This document shows positions 27,201 through 40,800 of a stretch of 64,000 nt of DNA, piece after piece. Every line of letters starts with the position of its first letter. The first letter of the stretch is position 1. This DNA comes from the human T2T-CHM13v2.0 reference genome, Homo sapiens: assembly GCF_009914755.1 (NCBI RefSeq), contig NC_060945.1. One strand, 5' to 3'. The translations under genes and the position numbers were made by a program. Below the pieces are notes generated by a model that made no database searches, was not told where the DNA came from, and saw only the letters and a program-made list of their open reading frames with translations.

Positions 27201-30200
27201 TCAATTCCACTCCATTTCATTCCATTCAAACCCACTCCATTCCATTCCACTCCCCTCCATTCCATTACAATCCATTCCATTCCATTCAATTGCACAACTT
27301 TCCATTTCATTCCATTCCACTCCATTCCATTCAATTCCACAAGATACCATTAAATTCCATTAAATTCCATTCCATTCCAATCCACTCGTTTCCACTCCAC
27401 TCGTTTCCACTCCAATCCATTCAATTCCATTCCATTCCATTCCACTCCATTCCATTCCCGTCCATTCCATTCCTTTCCTTTCCATTCTATTCCACTGCAC
27501 TCCACTCCATTGTATTGCACGTCATTCCATTCCATTCCACTCCACTGCATTCCATTCCATTCCATTCCATTCAATTCCACTCCACTCTATTTCTTTCCCT
27601 CCATTCCACTGCAATCCACTTCATTCCATTACAGTCCACTCCATTCCACCCCACTCCATTCCACTCCTCTCCTTTCCACTCCACTCCACTCCAATCCACT
27701 CCATTCCACCTCACTCCACTCCATTCCATTCCATCCGACTCCATTCCATGTCAATCCTTTCCATTCCATTCCACTCCATTCCATTCCATTCCACTCCAGT
27801 CTATTCCTTACATTCCATTCCATTCTACTCCATTCCACTCTATTCCATTCAACTCCACTATATTCCATTCCATTCCATTCAACTCCACGACATTGCATTC
27901 CCCTCCACTCCACTCCACTCTACTGAATTCCATTCCACTCCATTCCATTCTGCTCCGTTCCACTCTATTCCACTCCATTGCATTCCTCTCCACTCCACAC
28001 CACTTCACTCCTCTCCACTCCACTCCCTTACATTCAATTCTATTCCATTTCTTTCCATTTTATTCCACCCCATTCCATTCCATTCCATTCCATTCAACTA
28101 CATTCCACGAAACGCCACCCCACTCCACTCCACTGAATTCCATTCCCGTACATTCTATTCCATTCCATTCCATTCCATTCCATTCCATTCCACTCCACTG
28201 CATTCCATTCCATTCCATTCCAGTCCGTTCCATTCCCTTCCACTCCACTCCATTCCACTCCACTTCACTCTCCTAAACTCCACTCCATTCCACTCGTCTC
28301 CACAAAATTCCACTACACTCCATTCCATTCCCCTCCAATCCATTCCATTTCACTCCACTACATTCCATTTCATTCCCTTCCATTCCATTCAATTCCACTC
28401 CATTCCACTCCACTCCACCCCATTCCACTCCACTCAATTCCTTTCCATTCCATTCTTTCCATTCCATTCCATTCCACTCCACTCCATTCCGTTCCATTAT
28501 ACTCCACTCCATTCAACTGCTCTCCACACCATTCCACTGCACTGCATTCCATTCCATTCCCTTCAATTCCTTTCCATTCTGCTCCAGTCTACTCCATTCA
28601 ACTCCAATCCATTCCACTCAACTCCAATCCTTTCTATTCCACTACAGTCGATTTCACTCCACTCCACTCCACTCCTATCCATTCCACTCCGTTCCATTTC
28701 ATTCCAGTGCACTCCATTCCATTCCACTCCACTCCATTTAATTTCTCTCCACTCCATCCAACGGCATTCGAACATATTCGACTCCATTCCACTCCACTCC
28801 ATGCCATTCCATTCCACTCCTCTCCTCTCCATTCCACCCCTCTCAATTCCATTGCATTCCAAACCATTCCACTCCATTCCATAGCATTCTTTTGCACTCC
28901 ATTCCATTCCATTCCACTCCTTTCCATTCCATTCCCTTCCTTTCCACTCTACTCAACTCTTTTACTCCACTCCGTTGCATTCAATTCCATTCCACTCCAC
29001 TCCATTCCATTCCATTCCATTCCATTCCATTCCAATCCACACCACTTCATTTCTTTCCACTCCATTGCCATCCATTCCTTGCCACTCCATTCCATTCCAC
29101 TCCACTGCATTCCTTTCTGGTCAATCCATTCCACTCCACTCTATTCCATTCCATTCCATTCGACTACATTCTATTCCACTCCTCTCCACTCCACTCCACA
29201 CCACTCCATTCCATTCCATTCCATTACACTCCACTCCATTCCATTCTACTTCAATCCATCCCATTCCATTCCACCCCATTCCATTCAATTCCATTCTTTC
29301 CACTCCACTCTACTTCTCTCCATTCCACTCCACTCCATTGCATTTCATTCCACTCCATTCCATTCCACTCCACTCAAGTTCACTGCATTCCATTCCCTTC
29401 CATTCCATTCCATTCCATTCCATTCCGTTCAAATCCACTCCATTCTATTCCACTCCAGTCCATTCCACGCCACACATATCAACTCCATTAGATTCCAATC
29501 CACTCTACTAAACTCCACCCCATTCCATTTCACTCCATTCCATTCTATTCTACTCCACTCCACTGCATTCCACGACACTCCATTACACTCCACTGCATAC
29601 GACTCCAATCCATTCCATTCCATCGCATAACATTCCACTCAACTACATTCCATTCCACTCCACTCCATTCCATTCTACTCCATTGAATTCCACTCAACTC
29701 CATTCAATTCCACTCCATTCCATTCCATTACATTCCGTTCCATTTCAGCCCATTCCATTCCCTTCCTTTCCATTCCATTGCATTCTCCTACACTACACAC
29801 CACTCTACTCCACTTCTCTCCATTACACTCCATTCAGTTCCAGTCCATTTCACTCCATTCCATTCCATTCCATTCCACTCCGCTACATTCCATTCCACTC
29901 TGCTCCATTACATTCCACTCCACACAACTACTTTCCACTCCATTCCACTCCATTCCATTCCACTCCACTCCACTCCCCCAATCCACACCACTCCACTCCA
30001 TTCCCCTAAATTCCATTCCATTGCATTCCATTGCATTCCATTGCATTCCATTGCATTCCATTCCATTCCATTCCATTCCATTTCACTTCACTCCATTGCA
30101 TTCCATTCAACTTCACTGCATTCCATTCCTTTCCATTCCAGTGCACGCCTTTCCTCTCCATTCCACTCCATTCCACACCATTCCATTCCATTCGTCTCCA

Positions 30201-33200
30201 TTCCCTTCCACTCCACTCCACTACATTCCATTCCACTCCGTTCCATTCCATTCCACTTCACTCCTTTCCATTCAACTCCAATGCATTCCACTTTACTCCA
30301 TTCCATAGCATTCCATTCCCATACATTCCATTCCAATCCATTCCATTCCCCTCCACTCTTCTAAATTCCACTCCAATCCATTCCACTCCACTGCAATCCA
30401 TTCCATTCCACTCCATTCTATACGTTCCAATCCATTATATCCCATCCATTGCACCCCATTCCGTTCCATTTCACTTCATTTCATACCATTCCACTCCACT
30501 CCACTCCACTTCTTTCCATTCCATTCCTAGCCATTCCACACCAATCCACTCCACTCTTCTCCATGTCATTCTGCTCCATTCCATTCCACTCCTCTCCATT
30601 CCATTCCACCCAACACTATTCCAGTCCTCTCCATTCCACTCCACCACATTCCATTCCATTCCTTTCCATTCCATTCATTTCCATTCCACTCCACTCCATT
30701 CCATTTAACTCAACTATATTTCACTGTATTCTCCTCATTCCATTCCACTCCACTCCACTCCAGTCCACTCCACTCCATTCCTCCCCTTTCCATTCCTTTC
30801 CATTCCACTCTACTCCACTGCATTCCATTCCACTCCACTCCACTCAACTCCATTCGAGTCCATTCCAATACATTCCATTCCACTCCACTCCATTCTACTC
30901 CACTAGACTCCTTTCCACTCCCGTCCACTCCTTTCCACTCCATTTCACTCCATTCCACTCTATTCCACTACACTTCATTCCACTCCAATCCATTCCATTC
31001 CATTACAATCCAATCCACTCGGTTACATTCCACTTCACTCCATTCCAATCCACTCGATTCCCTTCAACTCCACCCCATTCCATTCCACTCCTATGCATTC
31101 TTTCCATTAAACTCCATTCCACTCCATTCCATTCCAATCCCCTCCACTATATTCCATTCAGTTCCACCCCACTCCACTATACTCCATTCATTTCTAATCC
31201 ATTCCACTCCATTCCATTCCATTCTGCTCCACTTAGTTCTATTCCACTCCACTCCATTCCATTCCACTCCATTCCATTCCACTACACTCCATTCCATTAC
31301 ACTGAACTCTATTCCACTCCACTCTGTTCCACTCCACTCCATTGCTCTCCAATCCATTCCATTCCATTGCTTCCCACTCCATTACATTCCACTCCACTCC
31401 ACTTCATTCCATTACACTCCACTCCATTCCACTCCATTCCATTACACTCCACTCCAATCAAATCCATTTCATCCCATTCCTTTGCATTCCTTTCTACTCC
31501 ACTCCACTCCATTCCACTCCACTCCACTCCATTCCACTCCACTCCATTATTTGCACTCGATTCCATTCCAATCTACTCTATTCTACTCCATTCCAATACA
31601 TTGCATTCCACTCCACTCCATTCCATTCCATTCCATTCCATTCCATTCAATTCCACTTCAATCCAGTGCACTCCAATCCATTCCACTCCATTCCACTCCA
31701 TTCTATTCCATTCCACTGCATTCCACTCTACTCTATCTCACTCCACTCCTTTCCATTCCACTCCATTCCATTCCAGTCCACTCCACTCCTCTCCACTCAA
31801 CTCCATTCCAATCCATTCCATTCCATTCCACTCGATTCCATTCCAGTCCACTCCATTCTATTCCATTCCATTCCAATACACTCCACTCCATTCCACTCCA
31901 CTCCATTCCATTTCACTCCACTCCTTTATATTCCATTCCACCCCGTTCCATTCCATTCCACTGCATTCCACTCCATTCCACTGCACTGCAGTCCATTCCA
32001 CTTCAGTCCATTCCATTCCACTATTCCCCACTCCACTCCACTCCACTCCATTCCATTCCACTCCACTCCCATCTACTCCACTGCATTTCATTCAAGTCCA
32101 CTCCATTTTTTTCCATTCCACTCCAATCCACTCCACTCCTTTCCAATCCACTCTATTCCACTACATTCCATTCCATTGCTTTCCCCTCAATTCTTGTCCA
32201 CTTCACTCAATTCCACTCCAGTCCATTCCATTCCACTCCAATCCACTCCACTCCTTTCCAATCCACTCTATTCCACTACATTCCATTCCATTGCTTTCCC
32301 CTCAATTCTTGTCCACTTCACTCAATTCCAATCCAGTCCATTCCATTCCACTCTACTCCACTTCATTCCATTTCATTCCACTCCACTCCACTCCACTCTA
32401 ATCCACTCCATTCCATTCCATTTCATTCCACTCCACTCCACTCTAATCCATTCCACTCCATTCCTTTCCAATCCACTCAATTCCATTCCACTCCACTTCA
32501 TTCCATTCCACTCCATTACTCTCCACTCCACTTCATTCCACTCCACTCTTTTCCATTCCACTCCACTCCATTCCGTTTCTTTCCCCTCCATTCCATTCCA
32601 CTCCACTCCATTCCATTCCATTCCATTCCTTTCCTCTCCACTCTAATCCATTCCAATACACTGCATTTCACTCCACTTCCTTCCATTCCATTCCTTTCCA
32701 CTCCATTCCATTCCACTGCAATCCTTTCCATTCCACTCGTCTCCATTCCATTCCACTCGTCTCTATTCCCCTCCTTTCCATTTCACTCCACTGTACTCCA
32801 TTCTATTCCAATCGTCTTCATTCCAGTCCACTCCAGTCTATTCCACTGCTCTCCATCACTCTCCAATGCTTTCCATTCCATTCCATTCCATTCCATTCCA
32901 TTCCATTCCATTCCATTCGACTCCACTCCTTTTGACTGCATTCCCCTACATTCCATTCCATTCTACTCCACTAAATTGTACTCCACTCCACTCCATTCCA
33001 TTCCTTTCATGGTCATTCCATTCCATTCAATTGCATTCCTTTCCACAATACTCCATTCTACTCATCTCCACTCGGTTCCACTCCACTGCATTCCATTCCA
33101 CTCAACTCCATTCCACTCCACTACATCCCATTCAATTCCACTCCCTTCCATTGCACTCCACTACATTCCATTCCACTGCTCTCCGTTTAACTCCATTCCA

Positions 33201-34870
33201 TTCTAGGCAACACAACTCCATTCCACTCCACTCCACTTCATTCTTTTTCATTACATTCTATCCAACCCACGCCATTCCATTCCATTCCATTCCATTTCAC
33301 TACACTCCATTCCACTCTACTCCTCTCCACTCTATTCCACTCCTTTAATCTCCATTTCATTCCATTTCACCTCATACCACTCCACTCCGCAACATTCCAC
33401 TCCACTCCACTCCAATCCAGTCCACCCCATTCCATTCCACACCGCTCCAGTCCACTTCACTCCATTCCACCTCATTTCACTCCACTGCATTGCATTCCAT
33501 ACAATTCTATTTGACTTCCACTCCACTCCACTCCACTCCATTACGTTCCACCAAATTGCATTCCATTCCATGCCACTCTATTACATTCAATTCCACTCCA
33601 TTCCATTCCACTACACTCCCATCCACTACATTCCACTCCATTCCATTCCCCTCCCTTCCACTCCGCTCTACTCCCCTCCACTTCACTTCGTTCCATTCCA
33701 TTCCTTGCCATTCCATTCCATTCCGTTTTATTCCATTCCACTCCAATCCATTCCAATTAACTCCACTCCGTTCCACTCCACTCGATGCCATTCCACTCCA
33801 CTCGATTCCATTTAATTCCACTCCACACCACTCCCCTTCATTTCACTCCACTCTTCTCCACTCTTATACACTCCACCCCAATCCATCTCACTCCGTTAGT
33901 TTCCATTCCAATCCAATCCACTACATTCTTGTCCACTCGATTCCATTCCACTCCATTCCATTCCATTACATTTCATTTCATTGCACTCCATTCCATTTCA
34001 TTCCATTGCATTCCATTCCACCCCACTCCATTCCACTCCATTGCATTCCACTCTACTACATTCCATACCATTTCATTCCACTCCATTACATTACATTCCA
34101 CTCCATTCCATTCCACTGCACTCCACTCCATTCCATTCCATTGTATTCCATTCAAATCCACTCCACTCCATTATTTTCCATTCCATTCCACTCCATTCCA
34201 TTCTACTCTACCCCACTCCACTCAATTCCATTCCATTCCACTCCTTCTATTCCATTCCACTGCATTCCACTCCACTCCATTCCATTCCACTCCACTCCAC
34301 TCCATTCCACTCCATTCCACCCCAATCCTCTCCCCTCCATTCCTTTCCACTGCATCCCAATCCACTCCATTCCATTACACTCCAATCCATTCCATTACAC
34401 TTCACGCCAATCCATTCCACCCCACTCCATTGCATTCCATTCTATTCCACTCTACTCCATTCTGTTCAATTCCATTTCACTCCACTTCAATCCACTCCAC
34501 TTCACTCCATTCCACTCCATTCTATTCCATTCGATTGCATTCCATTCCACTGCAATCCTCTCCACTCCACTCCATGTCTTTCTACTCCGTTCCATTCCTT
34601 TCGATTCCATTGCATTCCATTTGATTCAACTCCATTCCATTGTACTTCATTCCATTCCACTCCACACCATTTAATTCCACTTCATCCATCCGCTTTCCGA
34701 CACATTCCACTCCACTCCAGTCCACTCCCATCCACTCCATTCCATTCCTCCCCACTCCACTCCATTCCACTCCATTCCACTCTTTTCCATTCCACTGTAT
34801 TCCCTTCCAGTCCACTCTGCTCCAATCGACTCCATTTTATTCCAATCCACTCCATTCCTTTCCACTCCAT
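12246..34870 (+). repeat. Diverged HSat3-type satellite, (CATTC)n mixed with (CACTC)n, C-rich strand on +
   Basis: About 22.6 kb of continuous pentamer repeats with no strand switch seen. CATTCGATTC-type units are rare, which argues against HSat2. Confidence 0.93.
12473..22126 (-). repeat. Composite sub-array: about 29 antisense Alu 3'-end fragments (~55 bp) embedded in HSat3
   Basis: Recurring gacaggatctcactctgtcacccaggctggagtgcagtggcacaatctcagctcac near 12473, 12757, 13080, 13496, 13877, 14265, 14565, 14837, 15125, 15541, 15948, 16330, 16787, 17139, 17606, 17888, 18270, 18547, 18987, 19255, 19468, 19740, 19952, 20488, 20610, 21047, 21279, 21711 and 22073. Confidence 0.92.
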
Positions 34871-34879
34871 CTGCCTCAC

Positions 34880-37800
34880 TATAACTATTCTCTAGGATCT
34901 GATCACAGGGTGCTTTGTGACATATCCCTGCAATGATCACCGAGGTGATATACCACTTGCCAAGGCTCTGCCTACAGGGGCATTGCAATGTATCTCTGCA
35001 CTGATCACCTAGGTCTTGTAACTCTTTTCTAGGATCTGCCTACAGGGTGCCTTGTGACGTATCCCAGCAAGGATTACCCAGGTGATGTACCTCTCATCAA
35101 GGCTCTGCCTACAGCCAAATTGCGATGTATCTCTGCACTGATCACCGAGGTCATGTAAGTTTTGTCTAGGCTCTGCCTACGATGGCATTGTGACATATCT
35201 CTGCACTAATCACCCAAGTGATGTAACTCTTGTCTAGGATCTGCCTAAATTAACTTTGTGACATAACCCTGTACTGATCATCCAGGTGATGGGGCTTTTG
35301 TATGGGCTCTGCCTAAGGGGGCATTGTGACATATTTCTGCATTGAGCACCCAGGTGGCGAACTCTTCTCTTGCATCTGCCTATGGGGGCATTGTGACAAA
35401 TCTCTGCACTGATCACCCAGGTGATGTAACTGTTGTGTAACCTCTGCCTACAGGGGAATTGTGAGAGATCTCGCCACTGATGAACCAAGTGATGTAACCA
35501 TTGTCTAGGCTTTGCGTACAGGGGTCTTTGTGACATTCCTTTGCACTGATCACCCAGGTGATGTAACACATCTAAGTTCGGCCTAAAGGAGCTTTGTGAC
35601 ATATCTTTGCACAGATCACTTAGGTGATGTAACACTTTTATAAACACTGCCTACAGGGAATTTTGACAAATCTCTGCACTGATCACCTAGGTGATGTAAC
35701 TCTTGTCTACCCTCTGTCCAACGGGGCATTGTGAAATATCTCTGCACTGATGACCCAGGTGATTCAACTCTTGACTAGGATCTGCCTACAGAGGTTATTG
35801 TGAAATATCTCTGCACTGATAAACTAGGTGGTGTAACCCTTGTCCAAGTTCTGCCTACAGGGGCGTTTTCACATATCCCTGAACTGATGACAAAGGTGAT
35901 GTAACTCTTGCCTAGGCTTTGCCTACAGGGGACATTGGACATATATCTGCACTGATCACCCAGGTGATGCAACTCTTGCCTAGCCTTTGCCTACAGGGGA
36001 CATTGTGACATATCTCTGCACTGATCTCCCAGGTGCTGTAACTTTAGTCTAGGCTCTGGCTACACGGCATTGTGACATATCACTGCACTGATCACCCAGG
36101 TGATATAACACTTGACTAGGCTCTGCCTACAATGGTCTTGTGACATATCTCTGCACTGATCACACAGGTGATATAACTCTTCTCTAGGATCTGCCTACAG
36201 GATGCTTTGTGACATATCCCTGCACTGATCACCCAGGTGATCTAACTCTGGTCTAAGCTCCGCCTAAAGGGGCATTGTGACAGATCTCTGCACTGATCAC
36301 TCAGGTGATGTAACGATTGTCTAGGCTCTGATTAAAGGGGCCTTGTCACATATCTCTGCACTGATCACCCAGGTGATGTAACTCTTGTATAGCCTCTGCT
36401 TCCACGGCATATTGTGACATATCTATGCACTGATCACCTTAGTGATGTAACAGCTGTGTAGGCTCGGCCTACTCGGGAATCTTGCCATATCTCTGCACTG
36501 TTAACCGAGGCGATTGAACTCTTGTCTAGGCTGTGCCCACAGGGGGATTGAGACATATCTCTGCACTGATCCCGAGGTGATCCAACTCTTGCCTGGTCTC
36601 TGCCTACTGGGGACATTTTGACATATCTCTGCACTGATCTCCCAGGTGCTATAACTTTAGTCTAGGCTCTGGCTACACGGCATTGTGACATATGACTGCA
36701 CTGATTACCCAGGCGATATAACTCTTGTCTCGGCTCTGCCTACAATGGTCTTGTGACATATCTCTGCACTGATCACCTAGGTGATATATCTCTTCTCTAG
36801 GATCTGACCACAGGGTGCTTTGTTACATATCCCTGTAATGATCACCCAGGGGTATACCACTTGCCAAATCTCTGCCTACAGGGACATTGTAATATATCTC
36901 TGCACTGATCACCTAGGTCTTGTAACTCTTTTCTAGGATCTGCCTACAGGGTGCTTTGTGACGTATCCCAGCAAGGATTACCCAGGTGTTGTACCTCTCA
37001 TCAAGGCTCTGCCTACAGGCACATTGCGATGTATCTCTGCACTGATCACCGAGGTCATGTAAGTTTTGTCTAGGCTCTGCCTGCGATGGCATTGTGACAT
37101 ATCTCTGCACTAATCATCCAAGTGATGTAACTCTTGTCTAGGATCTGCCTAAATTAACTTTGTGACATAACCCAGTACTGATCATCCAGGTGATGGGGCT
37201 TTTGTCTAGACTCTGCCTAAGGGGGCATTGTGACATATTTCTGCATTGAGCACCCAGGTGACGAACTCTTCTCTCGCATCTACCTATGGGGGCATTGTGA
37301 CAAATCTCTGCACTGATCACCCAGGTGTCGTAAATGTTGTGTAACCTCTGCCTACAGGGGAATTGTGAGAGATCTCGCCACTGATCACCCAAGTGATGTA
37401 ACCATTGTCTAGGCTTTGCGTACAGGAGGCTTTGTGACATACCTTTGCACTGATCACCCAGGTGATGTAACACATCTAAGTTCGGCCTAAAGGAGCTTTG
37501 TGACATATCTCTGCACTGATCACTTAGGTGATGTAACACTTTTATAAGCACTGCCTACAGGGAATTTTGACAAATCTGTACACTGATCACCTAGGTGATG
37601 TAACTCTTGTCTACCCTCTGTCCAACGGGGCATTGTGAAATATCTCTGCACTGATCACCCAGGTGATTCAACTCTTGACTAGGATCTGCCTACAGAGGTT
37701 ATTGTGAAATATCTCTGCACTGATAAACTAGGTGGTGTAACCCTTGTCCAAGTTCTGCCTACAGGGGCGTTTTCACATATCCCTGAACTGATGACAAAGG

Positions 37801-40800
37801 TGATGTAACTCTTGCCTAGGCTTTGCCTACAGGGGACATTGGACATATATCTGCACTGATCACCCAGGTGATGCAACTCTTGCCTAGGCTTTGCCTACAG
37901 GGGACATTGTGACATATCTCTTCAATGATCACCCATGTGATGCAACTCTTGCCTAGGCTTTGCCTACAGGGGACATTGTGACATATCTCTGCACTGATTT
38001 CCCAGGTGCTGTAACTTTAGGCTAGGCTCTGGCTACACGGCATTGTGACATATCACTGCAATGATCAACCAGGTGATATAACCCCTGTAGAGGCTCTGCC
38101 TACAGGGGGCTTGTGACAAATGTCTGCACGGATCACCCAGGTGATATAGCTCTTCTCTAGGATCTGCCTATAGGGTGCTTTGTGACATATCCCTGCACTG
38201 ATCACCCAGGTGATCTAACTCTGGTCTAAGCTCTTCCTAAAGGGGCCTTGTGACAGATCTCTGCACTGATCACTCAGGTGATGTAACTTTTGTCTAGGCT
38301 CTGCTTCAAGAGGCCTTGTCACAAATCTCTGCACTGATCACCCAGGTGATGTAACTCTTGTCTAGGCTCTGCTTCCAGGGCATATTGTGACATATCTATG
38401 CACTGATCACCTTAGTGATGTAACACTTGTGTAGGCTCGGCCTACAGGGGAATCTTGACATATCTCTGCACTGTTAACCGAGGTGATTTAACTCTTCTCT
38501 AGGCTGTGCCCAAAGGGGTTTGAGACATATCTCTGCACTGATCCCGAGGTGATCCAACTCTTGCCTGGTCTCTGCCTACTGGGGACATTGTGACATATCT
38601 CTGCACTGATCTCCCTGGTGCTGCAACTATAGTCTAGGCTCTGGCTACACGACATTGTGACATATCAGTGCACTGATCACATAGGTGATATAACTCTTGT
38701 CTAGGCTCTGCCTACAATGGTCTTGTGACTTATCTCTGCACTGATCACCCAGGTGATATAACTATTCTCTAGGATCTGACCACAGGGTGCTTTGTGACAT
38801 ATCCCTGCAATGATCACCCAGGTGATATACCACTTGCCAATGCTCTGCCTACAGGGGCATTGCAATGTATCTCAGCACTGATCACCTAGGTCTTGTAACT
38901 GTTTTCTAGGATCTGCCTACAGGGTGCTTTGTGACGTATCCCAGCAAGGATTACCCAGGTGATGTACCGCTCATCAAGGCTCTGCCTACAGGCACATTGC
39001 AATGTATCTCTGCACTGATCACCTAGGTCATGTAACATTTGTCTAGTCTCTGCCTACGATGGCATTGTGACATATTTCTGCACTAATCATCCAAGTGATG
39101 TAACTCTTGTCTAGGATCTGCCTACACTAACTTTGTGACATAATCCTGTACAGATCATCCAGGTGATGGGGTTTTTGTCTAGGCTCTGCCTAAGGGGGCA
39201 TTGTGACAAATTCCTGCATTGATCACCCAGGTGGCGAAATCTTCCCTTGGATCTGCCTATGGGGGCATTGTGACAAATCTCTGCACTGATCACCCAGGTG
39301 CCGTAACAGTTGTGTAACCTCTGCCTACAGGGGAATTGTGAGAGATCTCGCCACTGATCACCCAAGTGATGTAACCATTGACTAGGCTTTGCGAACAGGG
39401 GGTTAGTGACATACCTTTGCACTGATCACCCAGGTGATGTAACACATCTAAGTTCGGCCTAAAGGAGCTTTGTGACATATCTCTGCACTGATCAACCAGG
39501 TGATATAACCCCTGTATAGGCTCTGCCTACAGGGGGCTTGTGACATATGTCTGCACGGATCACCCAGGTGATATAGCTCTTCTCTAGGATCTGCCTATAG
39601 GGTGCTTTGTGACATATCCCTGCACTGATCTCCCAGGTGATCTAACTCTGGTCTAAGCTCTTCCTAAAGGGGCATTGTGACAGATCTCTGCACTGATCAC
39701 TCAGGTGATGTAACTGTTGTCTAGGCTCTGCTTCAAGGGGCCTTGTCACAAATCTCTGCACTGATCACCCAGGTGATGTAACTATTGTCTAGGCTCTGCT
39801 TCCAGGGCATATTGTGACATATCTATGCACTGTTCACCTTAGTGATGTAACACTTGTGTAGGCTCGGCCTACAGGGGAATCTTGACATATATCTACACTG
39901 TTAACCGAGGTGATTTAACTCTTCTCTAGGCTGTGCCCACAGGGGGATTGAGACATATCTCTGCACTGATCCCGAGGTGATCCAACTCTTACTGGTCTCT
40001 GCCTACTGGGGACATTGTGACATATCTCTGCACTGATCTCCCTTGTGCTGCAACTTTAGTCTAGGCTCTGGCTACACGACATTGTGACATAGCAGTGCAC
40101 TGATCACATAGGTGATATAACTCTTGTCTAGGCTCCGCCTACAATGGTCTTGTGACATATCTCTGCACTGATCACCCAGGTGATATAACTATTCTCTAGG
40201 ATCTGACCACAGGGTCCTTTGTGACATATCCCTGCAATGATCACCCAGGTGATATACCACTTGCCAATGCTCTGCCTACAGGGGCATTGCAATGTATCTC
40301 AGCACTGATCACCTAGGTCTTGTAACTCTTTTCTAGGATCTGCCTACAGGGTGCTTTGTGACGTATCCCAGCAAGGATTACCCAGGTGATGTACCGCTCA
40401 TCAAGGCTCTGCCTACAGGCACATTGCGATGTATCTCTGCACTGATCACCTAGGTCATGTAACCTTTGTCTAGTCTCTGCCTACGATGGCATTGTGACAT
40501 ATTTCTGCACTAATCATCCAAGTGATGTAACTCTTGTCTAGGATCTGCTTACACTAACTTTGTGACATAATCCTGTACAGATCATCCAGGTGATGGGGTT
40601 TTTGTCTAGGCTCTGCCTAAGGGGGCATTGTGACATATTTCTGCATTGATCACCCAGGTGGCGAACTCTTCTCTTGGATCTGCCTATGGGGGCATTGTGA
40701 CAAATCTCTGCACTGATCACCCAGGTGTCGTAACTGTTGTGTAACCTCTGCCTACAGGGGAATTGTGAGAGATCTCGCCACTGATCACCCAAGTGATGTA

